Assembly (NCBI GenBank): GCA_040954595.2 | Contig: CM082576.2 | Span: 1,495,403-1,559,402, forward strand | DNA length: 64,000 nt | Reading direction: 5' to 3' | Source of the DNA: Balanoglossus misakiensis | Taxonomy: Eukaryota; Animalia; Hemichordata | Shown: positions 1-15,800 of the stretch, in pieces | Numbering within the stretch: the stretch's first letter is position 1 | Layout: the number at the start of each line of letters is the position of its first letter | Translations under genes and position numbers: made by a program | Notes under the pieces: model-generated | Databases searched by the model: none | The model's input: the letters and a program-made list of their open reading frames with translations, nothing else | What the model was told of the DNA's origin: nothing

Positions 1-854
1 CAATAAGTGAGTGCCCCTAGTTTTACAAGGTCAGGCAGAAATAGTTTCCTCCATCTCTCCTCCCCAGTGTCACAGAAAAGACACAGATGTGTGCACTTCC
101 AACTCTCTTTGACTTGACTTTATTATAATACTGATGCATACTGAGTTGAAGTCCAACACTGACAAGTTGATAGAATTTAACCAGCCAATTGACAGAGTGT
201 GGTACTGCAACCCACAGGTAACCTTTGACCCTTGAAGGCAAATCGTGAATAGCGAGAAGAACCCAGGGGTCAAAACTTCATTTGAATCTGCTCAGCTCCT
301 ATATCATTAGAATTTCAAATTATTCTCAACTACTGTGTTTTATTTCCCTTCCTCTGGGAGACCTACAGCTACAATGTATGTGCCTGTGATTAGTTGCTAT
401 GGTAACCACGTCTACTAACTAGCTCTTCCCACATCGAAATACCCACAAAAATTTGCTTAGCTTCAGTATCTCCATTTGCATTTTCCCCTTGCTGGTTTTA
501 TTTTTGCAATTCTAAAATTCTTCCCTAGTTTCTCTCGTACAATACAAGCAATATTGAAGAGCACCATTCTGAGGTAAACAAGATTTGCCTTCACCTGCAT
601 AAATCAATCAAATCAGATCTGAACTGTCATCTGCAGATGCATCATGTATATTTCTTCCTTTCAAATTCTCTTGTTCAATACTTTCGCTTGGGAGAAAAAC
701 CATGTCAGGAGCAGAAGATGCGACAGAAAAGGTGCATGTTCAATTTGACAGCACAAAGGCCGACTAGAAGTCTTTCAATCCCTCTCCCTAGGCTAAATAC
801 AAGCGAAGGTCAGAGGTCATTAGGGTCACAGAAATGGAGATAAGTTTCACTCAC

Positions 855-3800
855 CCGCAGTATATCCTGGCGAATGGCTGAATGAAACTGTTGATCCGTT
901 ATTAGAAGTACTGGAAAAAAAAACAGAAATTTGCGGTTACAATTAAAGACAGAAGCAAACATAAGACATAGCCAAGTTTCAAAATGGTGTTCACAAGAGC
1001 TGGAAGAAAATCTGTGGATATAGTGAACAGAGAATAAGACATATGGTCCCTAACATTTGCTTTGTGGTCACACAAAGAAAGTACAACTTCTGTCCTTGGC
1101 AGAGGTGAGGGGTGAAAAGCATTAAAAGACAAAATTGGTATTCTTGTATATACTTGACCTAACCATTCAATTGGGGGTCTGTTCACATTTGTGAGGGAAA
1201 AGGTACTCGCAAGAATAGACAAATGAAATTTACACAACACATGAATTTTTAAAACAACAACAACAACAACAAACATTTCTTGATTTGTTTATATTTGACT
1301 CACATTGACATGGAATGAACACAGCGTGCAAAACAAATATACACAAAATGTTCATAATTTGTTATGCAAACATGAAGAAATATGAAAACACCACAAGTGC
1401 TTGAAAAAAGCACAGCCAAAACGAAAGTCTCATGTGTTTTTTTGTCGGCAGCAGACATGGTCGTCAAGAGAATAGTGAATAATCATAGAACACAGATGGT
1501 GCGATGTTTTCTATTGACTGCTAATCCATGCACAAAGTATACTTTACTATACAGCCAGTACTGTTAATTTGATTGGGGATGAATATCAATTGATCTGGAT
1601 TGAGAACAATAAAATGTCACCCTATGGCCTATTTCTCCTTCTCCGAATACGTGTTTAAAATCGACATTGATTGAGTGATCACAGCATATCAAAATTTTGT
1701 TTCCTACAACTTTTTTCCATGTTTTTTTTTATATTATTGAATGTAACATGATTTGCTGTGAATGTGAATCTGTAACACATTTGTATGAGGAAGAAGCCAT
1801 CACCAATTCTGGAGTGCTGTGTGTTTGACATGTTCTCTCACACATGTCATCACAAACTTCCTTCACACGTTTCAAATTGATCGTGCCTGGATTTATTCAG
1901 GTTTCAAACAGCAACATCAAAACAGGTTAATCATTCAGGAAAAATCAATTAGCATTTGGCATAAAAAGATTGAATGTGGCGACCTCATAAGCCACTGACA
2001 GCTGTATGCCCAAGACACTGCAGTATTTCCATGCGTGCATCAGAGTCTTTGTTGGTAATTACTCCAAACATTCCTCATTACATTACAGGATGCCATACTG
2101 GTGTCATGGCAGGCAAATTTCATTTTCTGGTTGGCTTGACACATCATTGGGATAGAACTGGGATTTGCTCCTTTCACCTGCTCATCAGAGGTCTGGCTTC
2201 CTATGGTCAACACAAGTGCTACTGATCTCTACAGCGGTGTCACATTCGCAAATTTAACCTCTCATCAGGTTTTTCTCACACGCCTAAATTTGTTTTCTCC
2301 AAAACATCTAACCTCTGCTAGTGGAGGATATATCCCATAAAAACAGGCATAATAGGTTAGACATTTAATGGATTGGATGAATGCTGGCAATTTCTTTTAA
2401 TAGCACAGTAGCAGTTACAGCAAAGCATGTCACCTGTCATCTGATGTGTCACTCACAGATGACAAAATACAGTAAAGCCCCCATTTCACTATTCTCTTGT
2501 GTACTGTCTTGTATTTACTCATCTCACTGTCATCTCAACTGTCGTTATCGTCAGTGACAACTTTACAGGGTCAATGAAGTCTAGTGGCTAATGGCTGCCA
2601 CTTGGGCAAAGTCATCTGTCCTCCAAAGATAATTTCTTCTCATTTATTTCTCAATTTTCTACTAATTTCATTTCAGATAAAAACAAGTCATTATCGATGA
2701 CATAGTCCCTACTGGGTCAACAGAAGAGGTCAACAATCAAGGAAGTCATGGTAGAAAGAAATCAATCAAGGTGTGTCTCCAAAATGTCTCTGACAATGTT
2801 TGCCTAGTCCAGGCATTTCCAAGTAACAGACTTACAGTTGACAGATGGAGGCCAATCTGACTTCATCTGTTGGGACTATTTACAGCAGATATATTTTTCC
2901 CTTGAAGTTCATAAGAATAATTATCATTATTTTGGTAGTTCATTCCCATGGCTGAAGTGATTGGGTTCTTCTGCCATAAATAAATTATTTTTGTAGCAGC
3001 TAGTCTTGCAGCCGGAATAATTATTAGCTATCTTAAAAATATTAATATTTTATTACTATTTGCATTAATAAAATCCTGTGAATTTTGACATTTATTTCAC
3101 AGCTGTTCATATTCACTGACAGAGAACACACATTTTTGCCTATTTTTCTTCACGAAAAAAGAGACGTCACACCAGCATTTTCATATTTTTATTTTATTAT
3201 GCTTTGATTTGCATAAATGGCTTATGTCATTGTCAAGGTGAACACAGTCATGTACTCTTGTCGCCAATAAACACATAACAGACACTAAAAGATGGACTGC
3301 TTCTGTCCTGACATTCACAATGTCTTTGAAGTCACATGTTGATTTTCAGTCATAAAGAAATGAACAATCTTTGATGGACACAAATTTCTGTTCAAAGTTT
3401 AAAATCAACCTGCAAGGGACGGCTTTCAGAACTTCAGACACAGCAGGCAGCTTCTGCACAATGAAATACCACTATATTCATGTCAATAAATGGGCTGATG
3501 GACAGCTGACAGAGTCTGACCCATTCATAGACTAATTTCCTGCCAATTTTCTTGCCAGTTTCACATCTCTTCCCGTGCACAATGAAATGATTCCGGTCGA
3601 ATCTTGGTAATTTGATGGTAAAATCAACCATTCTGCTTTTATAAGCCATAAAACAAGCACTAAATGATGATTTCAGCTGCTGATAAAAAACGCACCAGAA
3701 AAAAAATACAACCTCAAATGAAATGTCTTTAATAATGTTTGAAATGTATATACTTGTGTTGTGCTAGGCTGCTATATCATTTATACATGGCAGGGACTAT

Positions 3801-6800
3801 TGAATGTGTAGTGAAGACATTGGTTGGTAGAGAGCACAGATGCCAGTCTACTCGGCATTTGTCAGTTTTATTGACTGCGTGGTTTGGAATACTAATCACC
3901 TTCTATCTCTTCCTACGAGTCTCCACAAAAGTGGAATCCTTAGAGACCCAGAGAACGGTGCAAGTAGCCAGCGACAAAGAAACAACTTATTACCAAGTCA
4001 TGACTGCTCAATCAGACTCACTCAAGCTGAACTTGGTTTTAATTGACTCATACTCAAACAACCACAGATTTGGGTCATTACCGAATTCCCCCCACTGGGA
4101 TCTACTCATCTGAGCAGGTAGTTAGTTTGGGTGTGTGTTTTTTTCATTTTAGCAGTCTTTAACAAGGGGCCATTTCAAGTGAAAACTTTGTAAATGATAA
4201 AAACACACATCAGGGTTTTGTATTGGTAGGTGTTAGCGGCCATGCACCAATAAAACTCGCACCGCCCAAATAATGCTCTGTCACCAAATTTCTGGGGTCC
4301 TGGCATAAATCCTATTGAAACTAATTTGTTTGAAATGCTTCCCTTTTGAACTTGGGAAGACTGAGATCCAGTTACAGACTTCTCCATTCTACATGTCCCA
4401 GACCTGGTACACCAGGGAGGCAGGGGTCAAAGAGCAAATATTTTGTATGAACTGATCCCGTCACAGAGTGATTTAAATGAACAGATGAGAAGTGCTTCAG
4501 GTGGCCTGGTACGACAGAGTGCATTTGCGTTCCCATGGTGACCGAAGCCAATTTAGTAGATGGTTATCTGAAGCTGAAACGCTGGGGTTCTTACTTGGAG
4601 AGCGGGGGTGAAACTTACCTTGATATGGTCGAAAGAGGTGTACTGTGGGGAGACTGAGGTTGTGGAGAAAATATGTGATGATACGGGTGATACGGTGTCT
4701 TCTTGAGGGCCTGCAATAGATTTGGTCTATATTCCGGATCAACACACCATAAGGAACCTTTACCAATCGTCTGGAATAAAGAAAAAAACATCAAGAGAGT
4801 CACAACACGAGAAAATCAGCTGTTTGGCCGTTTTCTAGCCACATGTTAATAAAATGCCATCAAGAATGGCATTTGTTTTTTGAGAGTGGGTGATTACCCG
4901 TATCAGGAAGATCTGCTAACAAACACTTAACAATAGCTGCAGTAGATCACCTGGAGTTGTGGTGTGTCTGGACTAATCCCCCAATAAATCATGTTAAAAA
5001 TCAAGACAATTACCACTCTGCCATACCCTCCAGAGTTGATATCATTGTGTACAAACGCAGGGGCTTCATCAGGAGTTGATATGGAGTCTATAGTTCTGAT
5101 AGCACGCCCTGTAAACTTTACACCCCCTCTGGTACTCTGTACAGAGGTTCATGCAACTCAGATCCTGATAGTTCTCAAAAACTTTGTGACAATTTTCATG
5201 GCTTCATCATAAAACTTGTTTCAAATTCTTGTGAAGTGTTGTCTGGTTTGTAAAAAATGTAAGAAAATCAATATGTGGAAAGAACCTGCACTTCAAATGC
5301 TCATTAGTGTGTCTGGTTGCCGTGGACATTAAATGAACCATGACCCCTGACAGCTTGACAGAGGTCAAAGAATGACTGCAGTTGAACATGTATAATAGTT
5401 CCTCTTCCCTCCCGAAAATGGCTTGCTAAAATCTGACAAACGTTTCAATGACAGAAAATCATTGAGGTGTGTTAGGGTCAAGCTTATACTCTAATCAACA
5501 CTATTTTCTACTATGTGGATGGACAATGGCCACTTTTGTAGAATGTTCAAGTGCTTCCTCCCCATTCCCATAATTTCAAACAAAACCAGGCAACCTCATT
5601 TGCAGTTTGAATTACAGTAGTCCAGTCAAAAGACTGCTTGGTCACTTGGAAACTAACAATTGCACACCCACTGAAAAAAGGCGGGAGAACAACCATTAAT
5701 CCTGTTACAAGTACATGTACTTCACTACCAGTAAAACTACAGAAGAATCAAACTCATTTTGTAAAGTGCTGTGACCAATTACATCCACTGTAACATGGCC
5801 ATCTTTGGAAACTGAATTTGAATTATGAGTGAATCTTTGCAGACTGTTGATGCACAACAGAAATATGTAAATCCACTACCCTGTTATCATTTCCAAAACA
5901 CTTGAAACATTCACTTGATCTTAAACCCTTCAGTTGGACAGACAAAATGGTTGTAAGAATATCTGTGTTTCTTAGCATGGCAGCTGGAACACAGGAATTT
6001 CTTGACTGCAATTCTCAAGGCCTTCTTTTAAACATCTAAATGCAACGCTCTCCTTTCAAGATTTTCAAATTTGAATCACTTCCCCTTTACTTCTCCTCAT
6101 TTCAAACAAGAAAAAAAGGTGGTGGCAATTGCTTATACTAAGATATCAGATTATATCCACCAGATTGGCTAAAACCTACAATTCTGCACAAACTGGCGCC
6201 ATCACTGAGACTGTCCAATTACCTGCAGGCTTTGAACAAGATCCAGGTAATGTTCTGGACGTCTCTATTGCTGATACGGTTAGCATCTCAAGTACATCAC
6301 CCCAAAGGCATGCTGGTATACTAGATTCATCTCTGTTTGGTTGACACCTACATCAGTTTCCATGGCAACTGTAATCGGGTCAACAACTTGCCCTCTGCTA
6401 TTTGTCTCTGATTATAAAACAATCTGCACCAACCGACAGCCCAAAACCAAGCTTACAGGAGTTGAAACAATGAATATAATGTACATGTAGTTGTAGGCGA
6501 GATTAATATTTAAAATAACAGTTATTCATCCTGTGGGAGTGACAAAATTCTCTTTCTTGATTCCCAAATCTGCTATAAAGAAAACCTCACACACCATAAA
6601 CATAGATCTTGTATGCAATGGCAGGGGCTGTCAAAAACAAGATCGTAATATTGAAATGCAATACACAGAACTTTTATCATACGCACACATTAAAATCATG
6701 ATGTATTTTAATGAAACACATGGAAGATCAGATGCTGGGGAAATTAGAATGTTGAAAGCAATAGCAAGTTTTCCAGCCAAACCAGTAAAAATGGCCTGGA

Positions 6801-9800
6801 TGATTTTTAAGTGTTGGGGAAAACAGTCAGGAACTTCATAAGGATATTACTGTAAATGTGTTTACACATCATACTTAATTATGAAACTTCCCTCCGTCAG
6901 CAAGGGAGAGGAAAATAAAACAATGGGGCTATCAGGGGTAAAAATATGACAGTAATTACTCAGTAATGGAAGCCCTGAGGAAATGACTTTATATTGGACG
7001 ATTAATGCATAAAAAATGCGTGGCTTCTGCCAATTCCTCTAGTGTAGTCAGGGAAGCAAAACAAACACCTTGGTACAAGTGCTCAGATGTGCACACAGGT
7101 TTTTGCTTCAGGCATTAGTGCCCTTAATGAATCATTCTATAGGTCCATCAGTCCATTTCGTGTTAGTCTCAAACGTAATTAAGTCTGACTAGTGTTTTTA
7201 TGCTGTGCATTTTTCATCCATCAAGGGCCTTGGTGTTTTACTGATACTGATCTTACAACTGGCCAACTGCTGGAGAGAGAGAAAACCCAGCGAGCATCAA
7301 TATTTGCACCACTCATTTCAAGGGGTGCATGAGGAGGGTTACTGGAGTGTTTTGAGAGTTAAATATTTTATTGGTTGAATAATTCATTGGGAGATTTTCA
7401 TGTTGGCATTTTGGAATGTGAAGAGCGAGCACACAATCATTCATGTAGAGACAAAAGTTCAATTAACTGTCATCAGTAATATGCTTACCAGCAGAGGGCT
7501 ATAAAAATTGAAAGTCGTTTTCTACTGAACACCCTTGTGAATTTGGAGTGATTTATAGCACAAGGGCATGGCTAAAGACAGAGGGATTAGTGTGTTCAAA
7601 GGAGTACTCACTGCTTCTGCACAAGAGGAGATCAACACATTCTCTCTTTCTAATCTTAAAGGACCTGATTGATTCTTTGAAAACCACAGACTTCAGCTGG
7701 CTGAGAGAAAACCATGCAATTGAGTTCACTACTAAGCCACTCTCTTGTGTTGACCGGTAAACGCAACCTGATTTCACAGGGGAAGAGGGTGACGGGTGAA
7801 TATGCTGAAACGGTGTTGTGACTAACACGCAAGCAAGAAATACCGATTGATAATTGTGATTTTCTGACAAGTATCTTCTCTGGAGCAATCACACTGATTA
7901 CAGCTGGAAAGCTTTACGACCATTTGCAATTGAATTTTTCCAGATTACCAGCAACCAAACCCAGGCAAGAAAAATCACCTCCTTTCACAGAAATTGACAA
8001 CAGTTCCTTCAGACAGCAATGAATAAGAAGAAAACAGACTCCAAGTCTGAGCTTGATTTCAGAGCAAACAAGCTCGGCTTGATGTCCAGCTTTGAAATCA
8101 ATACTGTAAAACACTGAAGGATCTGAAGCCCTTTCTCAAAACACTAATCTGCTAAATGAATGTTCAACCACATGGAAGACATAACATGGTTGTTTGAATA
8201 CACCTACTTGAAAAACATAACAGAATTAACACAAAAACACTTCCGGTATAGTTTACATTAATTTGAGTTTAACTTGCTATTCTCACGACTGTAAATACTA
8301 GTACATTGTCCTGTGAAGCTATAAACGAGCCAGAACAGGCAAACAATGCAATTTGCAAGTGCAAACAAAGAATTCTTTTTTTTAATCTACACAATGTACA
8401 AATGCAACTGTAGCTTGCTGGTTTTTACAAGTAATGAACTTGACTACATGAAGTTTGCAAAGAAGCCAGTTGCATAAGAAATACCATCTGCATAAAACTG
8501 ATAATATTTCTGCGTACTACTTCTCCAGACAAGACTCACTGGTTTGTCTAATCCTAGATTTGGAACAAGAAAGTGGCCAATTTGGGGATGAAGGAGGTCA
8601 CACTGACTATGTTCAGTACATCATGCAATCGTTTTGTCACCACATTTGGAAATGGTCGCTTCCTCACACAGGGAGAGTGTCTCAAGAGGACCCCCACAAA
8701 ATACTTCAATTACTGAACAGAATACCATGAATGAAGCAATGGGATTACCATCCACGCCACTGCAGTCTTTATTTGCCATATCCACACCTGCTCTAACACC
8801 ATTAAGGGACACCCCTTCACCTACAGTTTACTCATCACCATAGCAACACAATGGCAAACTCTTCATAAAGCCTTGTGTCCCTCAGAAATAATTACATCAA
8901 TTTTTATCTGTTAATTTTTAATTAAATATATCAACATGAAGTTTTTTTTGCAGAGTTGACATGAAAAATGCTCAAAAAACACCACCCAATGATAAATAAC
9001 CATGTAAAATATGGGTGAGGATAGTATGCATGAAATAAGCTATGCTACTGGAATTCTGGCCAAAGATCTAATCGATCTTTACGTCCCTAGGGAAGGATTT
9101 ATGCCAAGTTGAATGCATTGGCATCTTGTTGTCATGGCAACATCTATGTCATGCATCACAAAGTGACTTGGGATTGCGCAAGTATACTGAGATCTTGCGG
9201 GCAGTGATGGACATCAAACTAACTCGCCATCACTGCTCGTTGCTGTGGCAACCGCATCAACATCAGTACAAGTAGCACCATATATGGTCACACATGATGT
9301 AGCTATTCTCAACGGTCTCTCTCTCTGTTTCTGATGTACGGACAGTTAGTGACAAACAGACATCTACAGGCAATAGTGATCAGATGCAGCTATAAAGTTT
9401 GCTGACAAACTGCATACAACTACTATACACAGAAACACTCTCGGCACAAACTCATTTGTTCTTCTCACATCTTCATCACACTGCAAGCTTTCCACCCAAC
9501 AAATTGGAAATTTTTTCCCCTGCCAATGTGTTAATGATACTGTGAATTCTGATCAAACACTGCCTCTATGATGAGCAACGCTTTGCACATGCTGCCCTTG
9601 CATGGTCTGCTTTACTGATTTTGCCAACAATTACTGTGTATCTAGCATTTATTTCCATGTATCTCATCAGGGTCAATAATTGTAGCCCCTGGCTAGGTTG
9701 ATTCAGCGTACTCACTGCAAGACAGCTGCCTTTTTACGATTCCTAGACCTTAATCACCAAATACAATCCATCTGTATTAAATATGGAAACAATTTTTGGT

Positions 9801-12800
9801 CTCCAGTTACAAGTATACCACCATGCTAATTTTCATTATTAATTTATATCAATAACTAGCCTATCATATACTCAACCCTTTGTAATATTTCTATCTGCAC
9901 TTACTGATGCGTTTCAAAATCTACAACTTCTTTTTATCTGTTCAGATGCATTTCTGTTTTTTTCTGTTTAAATGCATTTTGCTGAATAAAATAAAAAGAA
10001 CAGCTGTACAAAAATGATTTGTGCAGATAAAATTTAAACATTGATATATAAATCATTCACTTAAAAATAGCAAATGTGTTTTTGTTAGCCATTTACATCC
10101 TATCATTTTTGCAGGATGTGTACATCTGTTCTGAAGTTGACCAGTTCTCATACTTATCATTTCCTTTTGTCTGCCCTTGTTTCAAACCATATATTAATGG
10201 TGGTGAATGACTAAACCAATTACAATCATCCTTTCCTCCTCTTTTTTTTTTTTATAAAAACACAATTGGGGTTTAAAATACACTTTTGCAAGCAAACAAA
10301 CCAGTTATGTTTAAGTTATGAAAAGTAAATAATTCTCTTTGTATATTGTACCTACAATCAGAATATTTTGCTTGTTATCCGTTTACTAAGAAAGAAAGGG
10401 GGGCAGCTGAATGATCCGTTTTATACAGTTGCCATGGCAATGGCTTCTCCCAGGGATTCCTGTATTGATGTTAGTGATGACACAATTGTCCAACCAGGCC
10501 ATACACGTCCCAGTCAAACAAGCTGCAGATTTCGAGAAAAAAATACACTCCCATTGGTTTCTTTCATCACTCTAATTTGATGTGATTTCACAAAGAATAA
10601 TCGCTTCATCTTTGGATGTCTTTCTACCAATAACATTTTATCATAGCTTTTACAGGATTTACATCTTAACAGTTCAAATGGATCCATATATTCCACAGCT
10701 AGGCTTAAATGAAACTAGTTGTACTTCAATTTTCTGCTTGAGATTTCAAAGACCTCCTTTGACAGAGGACAGCACAGAATCTGTGTGTATCTTTTGTATT
10801 ACAACCATGACTAACAACTTTTGCAAATGCTCTACATATCGGGAGGTTTTCTTTGCTCAAAATCAAATCATTCTTTTCACTTACACCATAAACTGCTGCT
10901 GTCATTAGTGCCTTTGTCTCAAATTATTGATTTGAAATTTCCTATAATTTCATTTATGGCAGTATTTTATAGTTTGAGCAGGTACAGATGTGTGGTGTGT
11001 CAATTTCCCTATTTTCTCCCCCTACTTCCCACTTCAAACTGGTCCTTCAGAGATTTTTCCATGAGGATTGGTAGTTTCCTGTTCTCATGTTGACACATTC
11101 CACACATCAGACAATTTTCAACCAATTAGTGCTGGATTTGGCAAAATGCAACAATGATTTCTAAAGATTTTCTGACTATATTTCACTATCAAATCTGTCA
11201 TGGCAGAACTACAAGAGGGATACCCAGAGCTGATTTGCATTCAAAGTTCTTTTATTCATAGCTTGATGGACAATTCAAAGATTAAAACCCTCACATTTTT
11301 TGTCTGCCACGACAACGGTATTTCCTAACCATGGGGAACAAAGTTTTTTTTTCTCTCAGCCAACCTTTCAATCCAAGCCACAAAGATTCTAGAATTTCAA
11401 ATTTTGTTTTCGCAGTTACATAAATGCCAATAAAGTCTGGTGACAAACTAGATTGTCTAAACTTCTGTAAAAAGGTGTTCTCTATTGAGAAAGTTTTTAT
11501 AAGGGCCATCTGGACAAAACACCCATGTTTTGACGGAATTGCAGGCATTTTCAGAAAGGGTGTTCCGTTGAAAGCCAGCCTTTGTCCTGATTTATCTACT
11601 TACAGACCACGGTTGAAAGTATGTGAGAAATGCCAAAGTGTAGCCACACCATTCAGAGTCCTTGGCGTGACATTGTCCGCGGTCAAACCTCCACAGCCTC
11701 ACTGTCAATTATGGACCCCCCCCCCCCAAATAAAAAACACATTCGATGAAAACTACAAAACCCCACATAGTGTTTGACACCACAGTTACAGAATTTGATA
11801 ATGACCTTACATAGTTGAAAGGAGCAGAAAGTTGTATAAAACCAAAGAAGCCATGCTAATGAATCTGTGACCTGCATTTTAGGCTATCAAAACCAGCAAT
11901 CTCTCAGATAAATATCGCAACTGAGAGAAAAATAAAAAACTAGCATGATGTACAACATCTGTCAAGTTTAAAATTCAAAAGCAGTGAGCAACTGCTAATG
12001 ACCAGATATAGAAGACCACTTTTGTCTTAGAAGTCTTACACAAATCACAATTTGACAGTTTACCATAGATTACTCTTCCCCATTGACTCACAATATATCT
12101 CTCATGAGACAATTTCAATGAATTCATGGACAGGCTGTCGCTTCTGTAGAGGAGTCATCAGTTTCATAACATAAAAGCATTTGTGGGGGGTCCACACAGC
12201 ATCACGGTTGCCTAGTTACAAGGCTAAATCCGTCTGCTGTTCAATCCTACTGGTATCTCATATTACCCACCCATTGGCTGTGACGAAACATGCGGCACTG
12301 GATAAAAATACACAATTCAAATTGAATTCACGTACGGGACCATACAACATATTCAGCAATCACACACTCAATATGGTACAGCTACCGACAGCTTACCTTA
12401 CACAGCGGAATACAAATATTATCACAGCCACAAAAGGTTTTGTGAAAATGGGAAACATTCACCATCATTGTAAAACTTGTTTGTTGAAATGAATTCATCA
12501 AATGTATAGTTTTTTTTTCAGAAAACTGAAGACAGTTACTAAAGCTCCAACTTTCTCTTTGCTTTTTGGTTAAAGTTCAAATGCAAGACCAAAAAAGTAG
12601 CCAAGTTATATAAACAATACACTATTAAACACACCATTCTGGTGTACTGCAAAAATTTCCAATAAGAATACAGTATGAAATGGTACTATTAAATGAAATA
12701 CGGGGCAGATATATGACTTGACATTGTCAAAACTGCCACCTCCAAATCATTACAGTGAAATATACATCTGTAATCACATACAAATTACAGTTGATGACAT

Positions 12801-15800
12801 GCAGATATTTATTATGAAGAATACAATAACACTGGCAACTTTCATTTTAAACTAATTTGTCCAGAGATATGTTTCTATGACAACTGGTAACCATGACATC
12901 AGTGACTTCATAATGCACAGATTGGTTTTCCAATGTGTGCAAAAACAATACAATGCTTGAAAGCACAGTACAATTGAGATGCAATGAAAGGAGGCAAACA
13001 CATGATAATAACATACCATTTTGATAAAAATTCAGATATCATGCTAGTATTTTGGGGCATACTTTAAAAATTCAAACTGTTTTAAGTAAATAAAGAAACT
13101 TTTTTTATCATTTAGACTGGCAAATTGTGACTAAACCCTGGTCTGGTCTTAAAAAACCCTCACTGACTAGAAATAGAGTTGGTCCATCCTCTGACCACCA
13201 TGTTTCGATGTGCATAACAGCAGTAAGGCCTAGTCTGGTTCCTTGCCCCAAATTCTACCGCGTATGCTCAGAATGCTCAATAGTTTGGCCACTGACAGCT
13301 ATAGATAGATGAGCACAGCGCATACCAGACCCTTTTCATGAGCACAGCAGCAGAACGAGTCAAGCAACCACATTACACTGAGGCCCTGCTTCAAAATCAT
13401 GTGAGACAGGACCAGCATAACACATGTAATTTTATCTGCACCTGTACCCTGTCTAAACTAGCTCAACTCTGGTCCAACAGAGCAGTCTTATAAAATTTGA
13501 AACAAGAATTTTCAATTCATTCACTCATTCTTACTATCTGAAGACAGTAACACAGGCTGGTAATACAGACATCAGCAGACAGCTTTGAAGACAAGAACAC
13601 TACAGCTGTAGCAAAGTTCAGTGTATTTCTGAGATTTCTCTCCAAGAACTCTGTATTTCAAAGTTCAATAGGGTTTACTTGCACAACTGCCTCAGGCAAC
13701 TTGGGTAGATTATCAACTGACTGTAGCATGTAGGGCTTCCTATGTAGCCATAAATTGGATACAAAGTTACCATTGAGAGGCGCCCGTCTGTATCAATCAC
13801 ATTGTTCTTCAACTATCTGCCAAGAATTCTTCCTTCCTGACAGTTTAAACGATGTGATGACAATGTGAAATTAACTACGTTCTTCCTCTCTGTTGGCGAA
13901 TGATTTCAATGAATATAGTCACAAGTACAAGATGCTCATTGAGCTCTGTTTTTCTCCATTGTTTGCAGATTCCTCTATGACAGCTGTAGTTACTGTCACT
14001 CAAGCTTTGTCATCCCACCCTTTAAAACTCTGCCAATGTATCCGTTTTGGTAGGAAATTTAATTTTCGGTAGCATTCAGATTTCCATTCCTGACCCGGTC
14101 ATAAGGAAACACATTTTCTTTTCCTTTTCCAGTGAATGGTTTAATACTTCATTTTCCCCCCGAGAAAAAAATCAATACACTTTTTGGTACACTCCTGGTT
14201 ATTTCAATATGGTAATTAACTGCAACAATCAATCCTATTTAACACTTTCCATGGGCGTATGCAGTGCAATACTACAACACAACACCTGCACTATTGGAGA
14301 CAACTTGTGATCAAAGCAATGAACAGGCAGCGAAATTGATGATACACTCAGGAGATGACACACACTTCTCAGAATTTCGCTGCATTTTTAAATGCTCTCT
14401 TAACTCAAGAACATTATCCAGTTAGGTTTCAATCTGGCTAAAACTGCCCACTCAATGGCATTTTCATTTTCTTCCCTCAGTTGAATCACAGTTGAGAAAT
14501 ATACATGTATCTGATTTTACAACTTAAAAAATTTACTAATATTTCTAACCATAAAAATTTAAACATCACCACTATTTGTATGCTTCTAATAAATATTTTT
14601 TTTGCAGAATGGAGTCAATAAGTCTCACTTCCAAACCCTAAATGTTAACTCGTATTATTAACTCTGTTGGAGATTTGACTGTAGCAAGGTGACTGAATAG
14701 TCTGCATATTATCTGGGATCACTGCATCACTGTCCATGTAGCACGGGTCAGCCAAACATTACCTTAGGCATTCACTTTGTAACCTAAAAATAATTAATGA
14801 CTTCCAACGCCCATTAAAAACAGTTAAATCATCCCTTGCTTCCTTTTGTAAATACCACCTATCTACTCTAGCCTTGAAAAATGAAAGGCGTGCTCCCAAT
14901 TCAGTGATATGGCAAACGGTGAAAGAGAAAATTAGAAACCCCAATTTTCCCTAAGGTTTTCCAACACTTGTAAGGTTTCCTACAGGGTATAATTTGGTGC
15001 TGCCCTCCCAAATGAGACAAAGTCAGTACTGCAGCCCTGTAAAAACATGGCTGTCTATTCAGAAGTCAAGTCCGCATGTTCTAGTGCAATTCTCTCTATC
15101 TCAGTTGAACACTTTACCATTCCAGACATTTCAAAATGTTTACTGATGGAAGTTGTCACTACCTGAGTTAGGGCAAAACTCGATACGCTGTACGTTTTTC
15201 TCAAACACTTCACAGAAGCACAATGAACATGTGTCAATAATGAACAAGTTTGCATTAGACACTACACATGTTTGTGCAATGTATCGCTATCGATGTTCAA
15301 CAATACTAAAGCCCACAGATCAGCATTGATATGCCAATATTTCCATTTTTCAAGACACTGCAAGGTTAGTGCGTCAGTGTTTTGTTACTAATTGCCAACA
15401 AAGTGAACCTGTTTGCAGACAATGAACAATGTATACAACTGCCTTGAACACACTATACTCATTGTAATCGAGAAAACGGTACACCCCTTTACCTGGCCTT
15501 CTTTTGTCACATATCTGTAGTCTGACTTGGCTGAACATCAAAAAAAAAAAGTCAAACAGCGGAAGGTGACAATAGCGGCTGCTAACTTTGTGACCTACCT
15601 GGCCTTTCTCTTTTTCCACTTTCTTAAAGCACTTGTTCAAAGACAGGTTGTGTCGCACCGAGTTTTTCCACCCAGTTGGCGCGTTCTGGAAGTACGGGAA
15701 ATGATCAACAATCCACTGATAAATGTCTTTGACTGGAAGACGTTTGTTTGGGGCATCCTCAATTGCCATGAAAATAAGGCAGCTGAAGGAAAAGGGGGGT

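Noticed and set aside
2430-2465. Inverted repeat TGTCATCTG...CAGATGACA as a possible miRNA hairpin
   Set aside because: The stem is only about 9-11 bp, and TGACA/TGTCA words are frequent in this intron.
15374-15598. C-terminal part of the 259-aa FoxN ORF (VGHKVSS...)
   Set aside because: Read-through into the intron past the CAG|GTAGGT donor; the forkhead domain continues at 4770.
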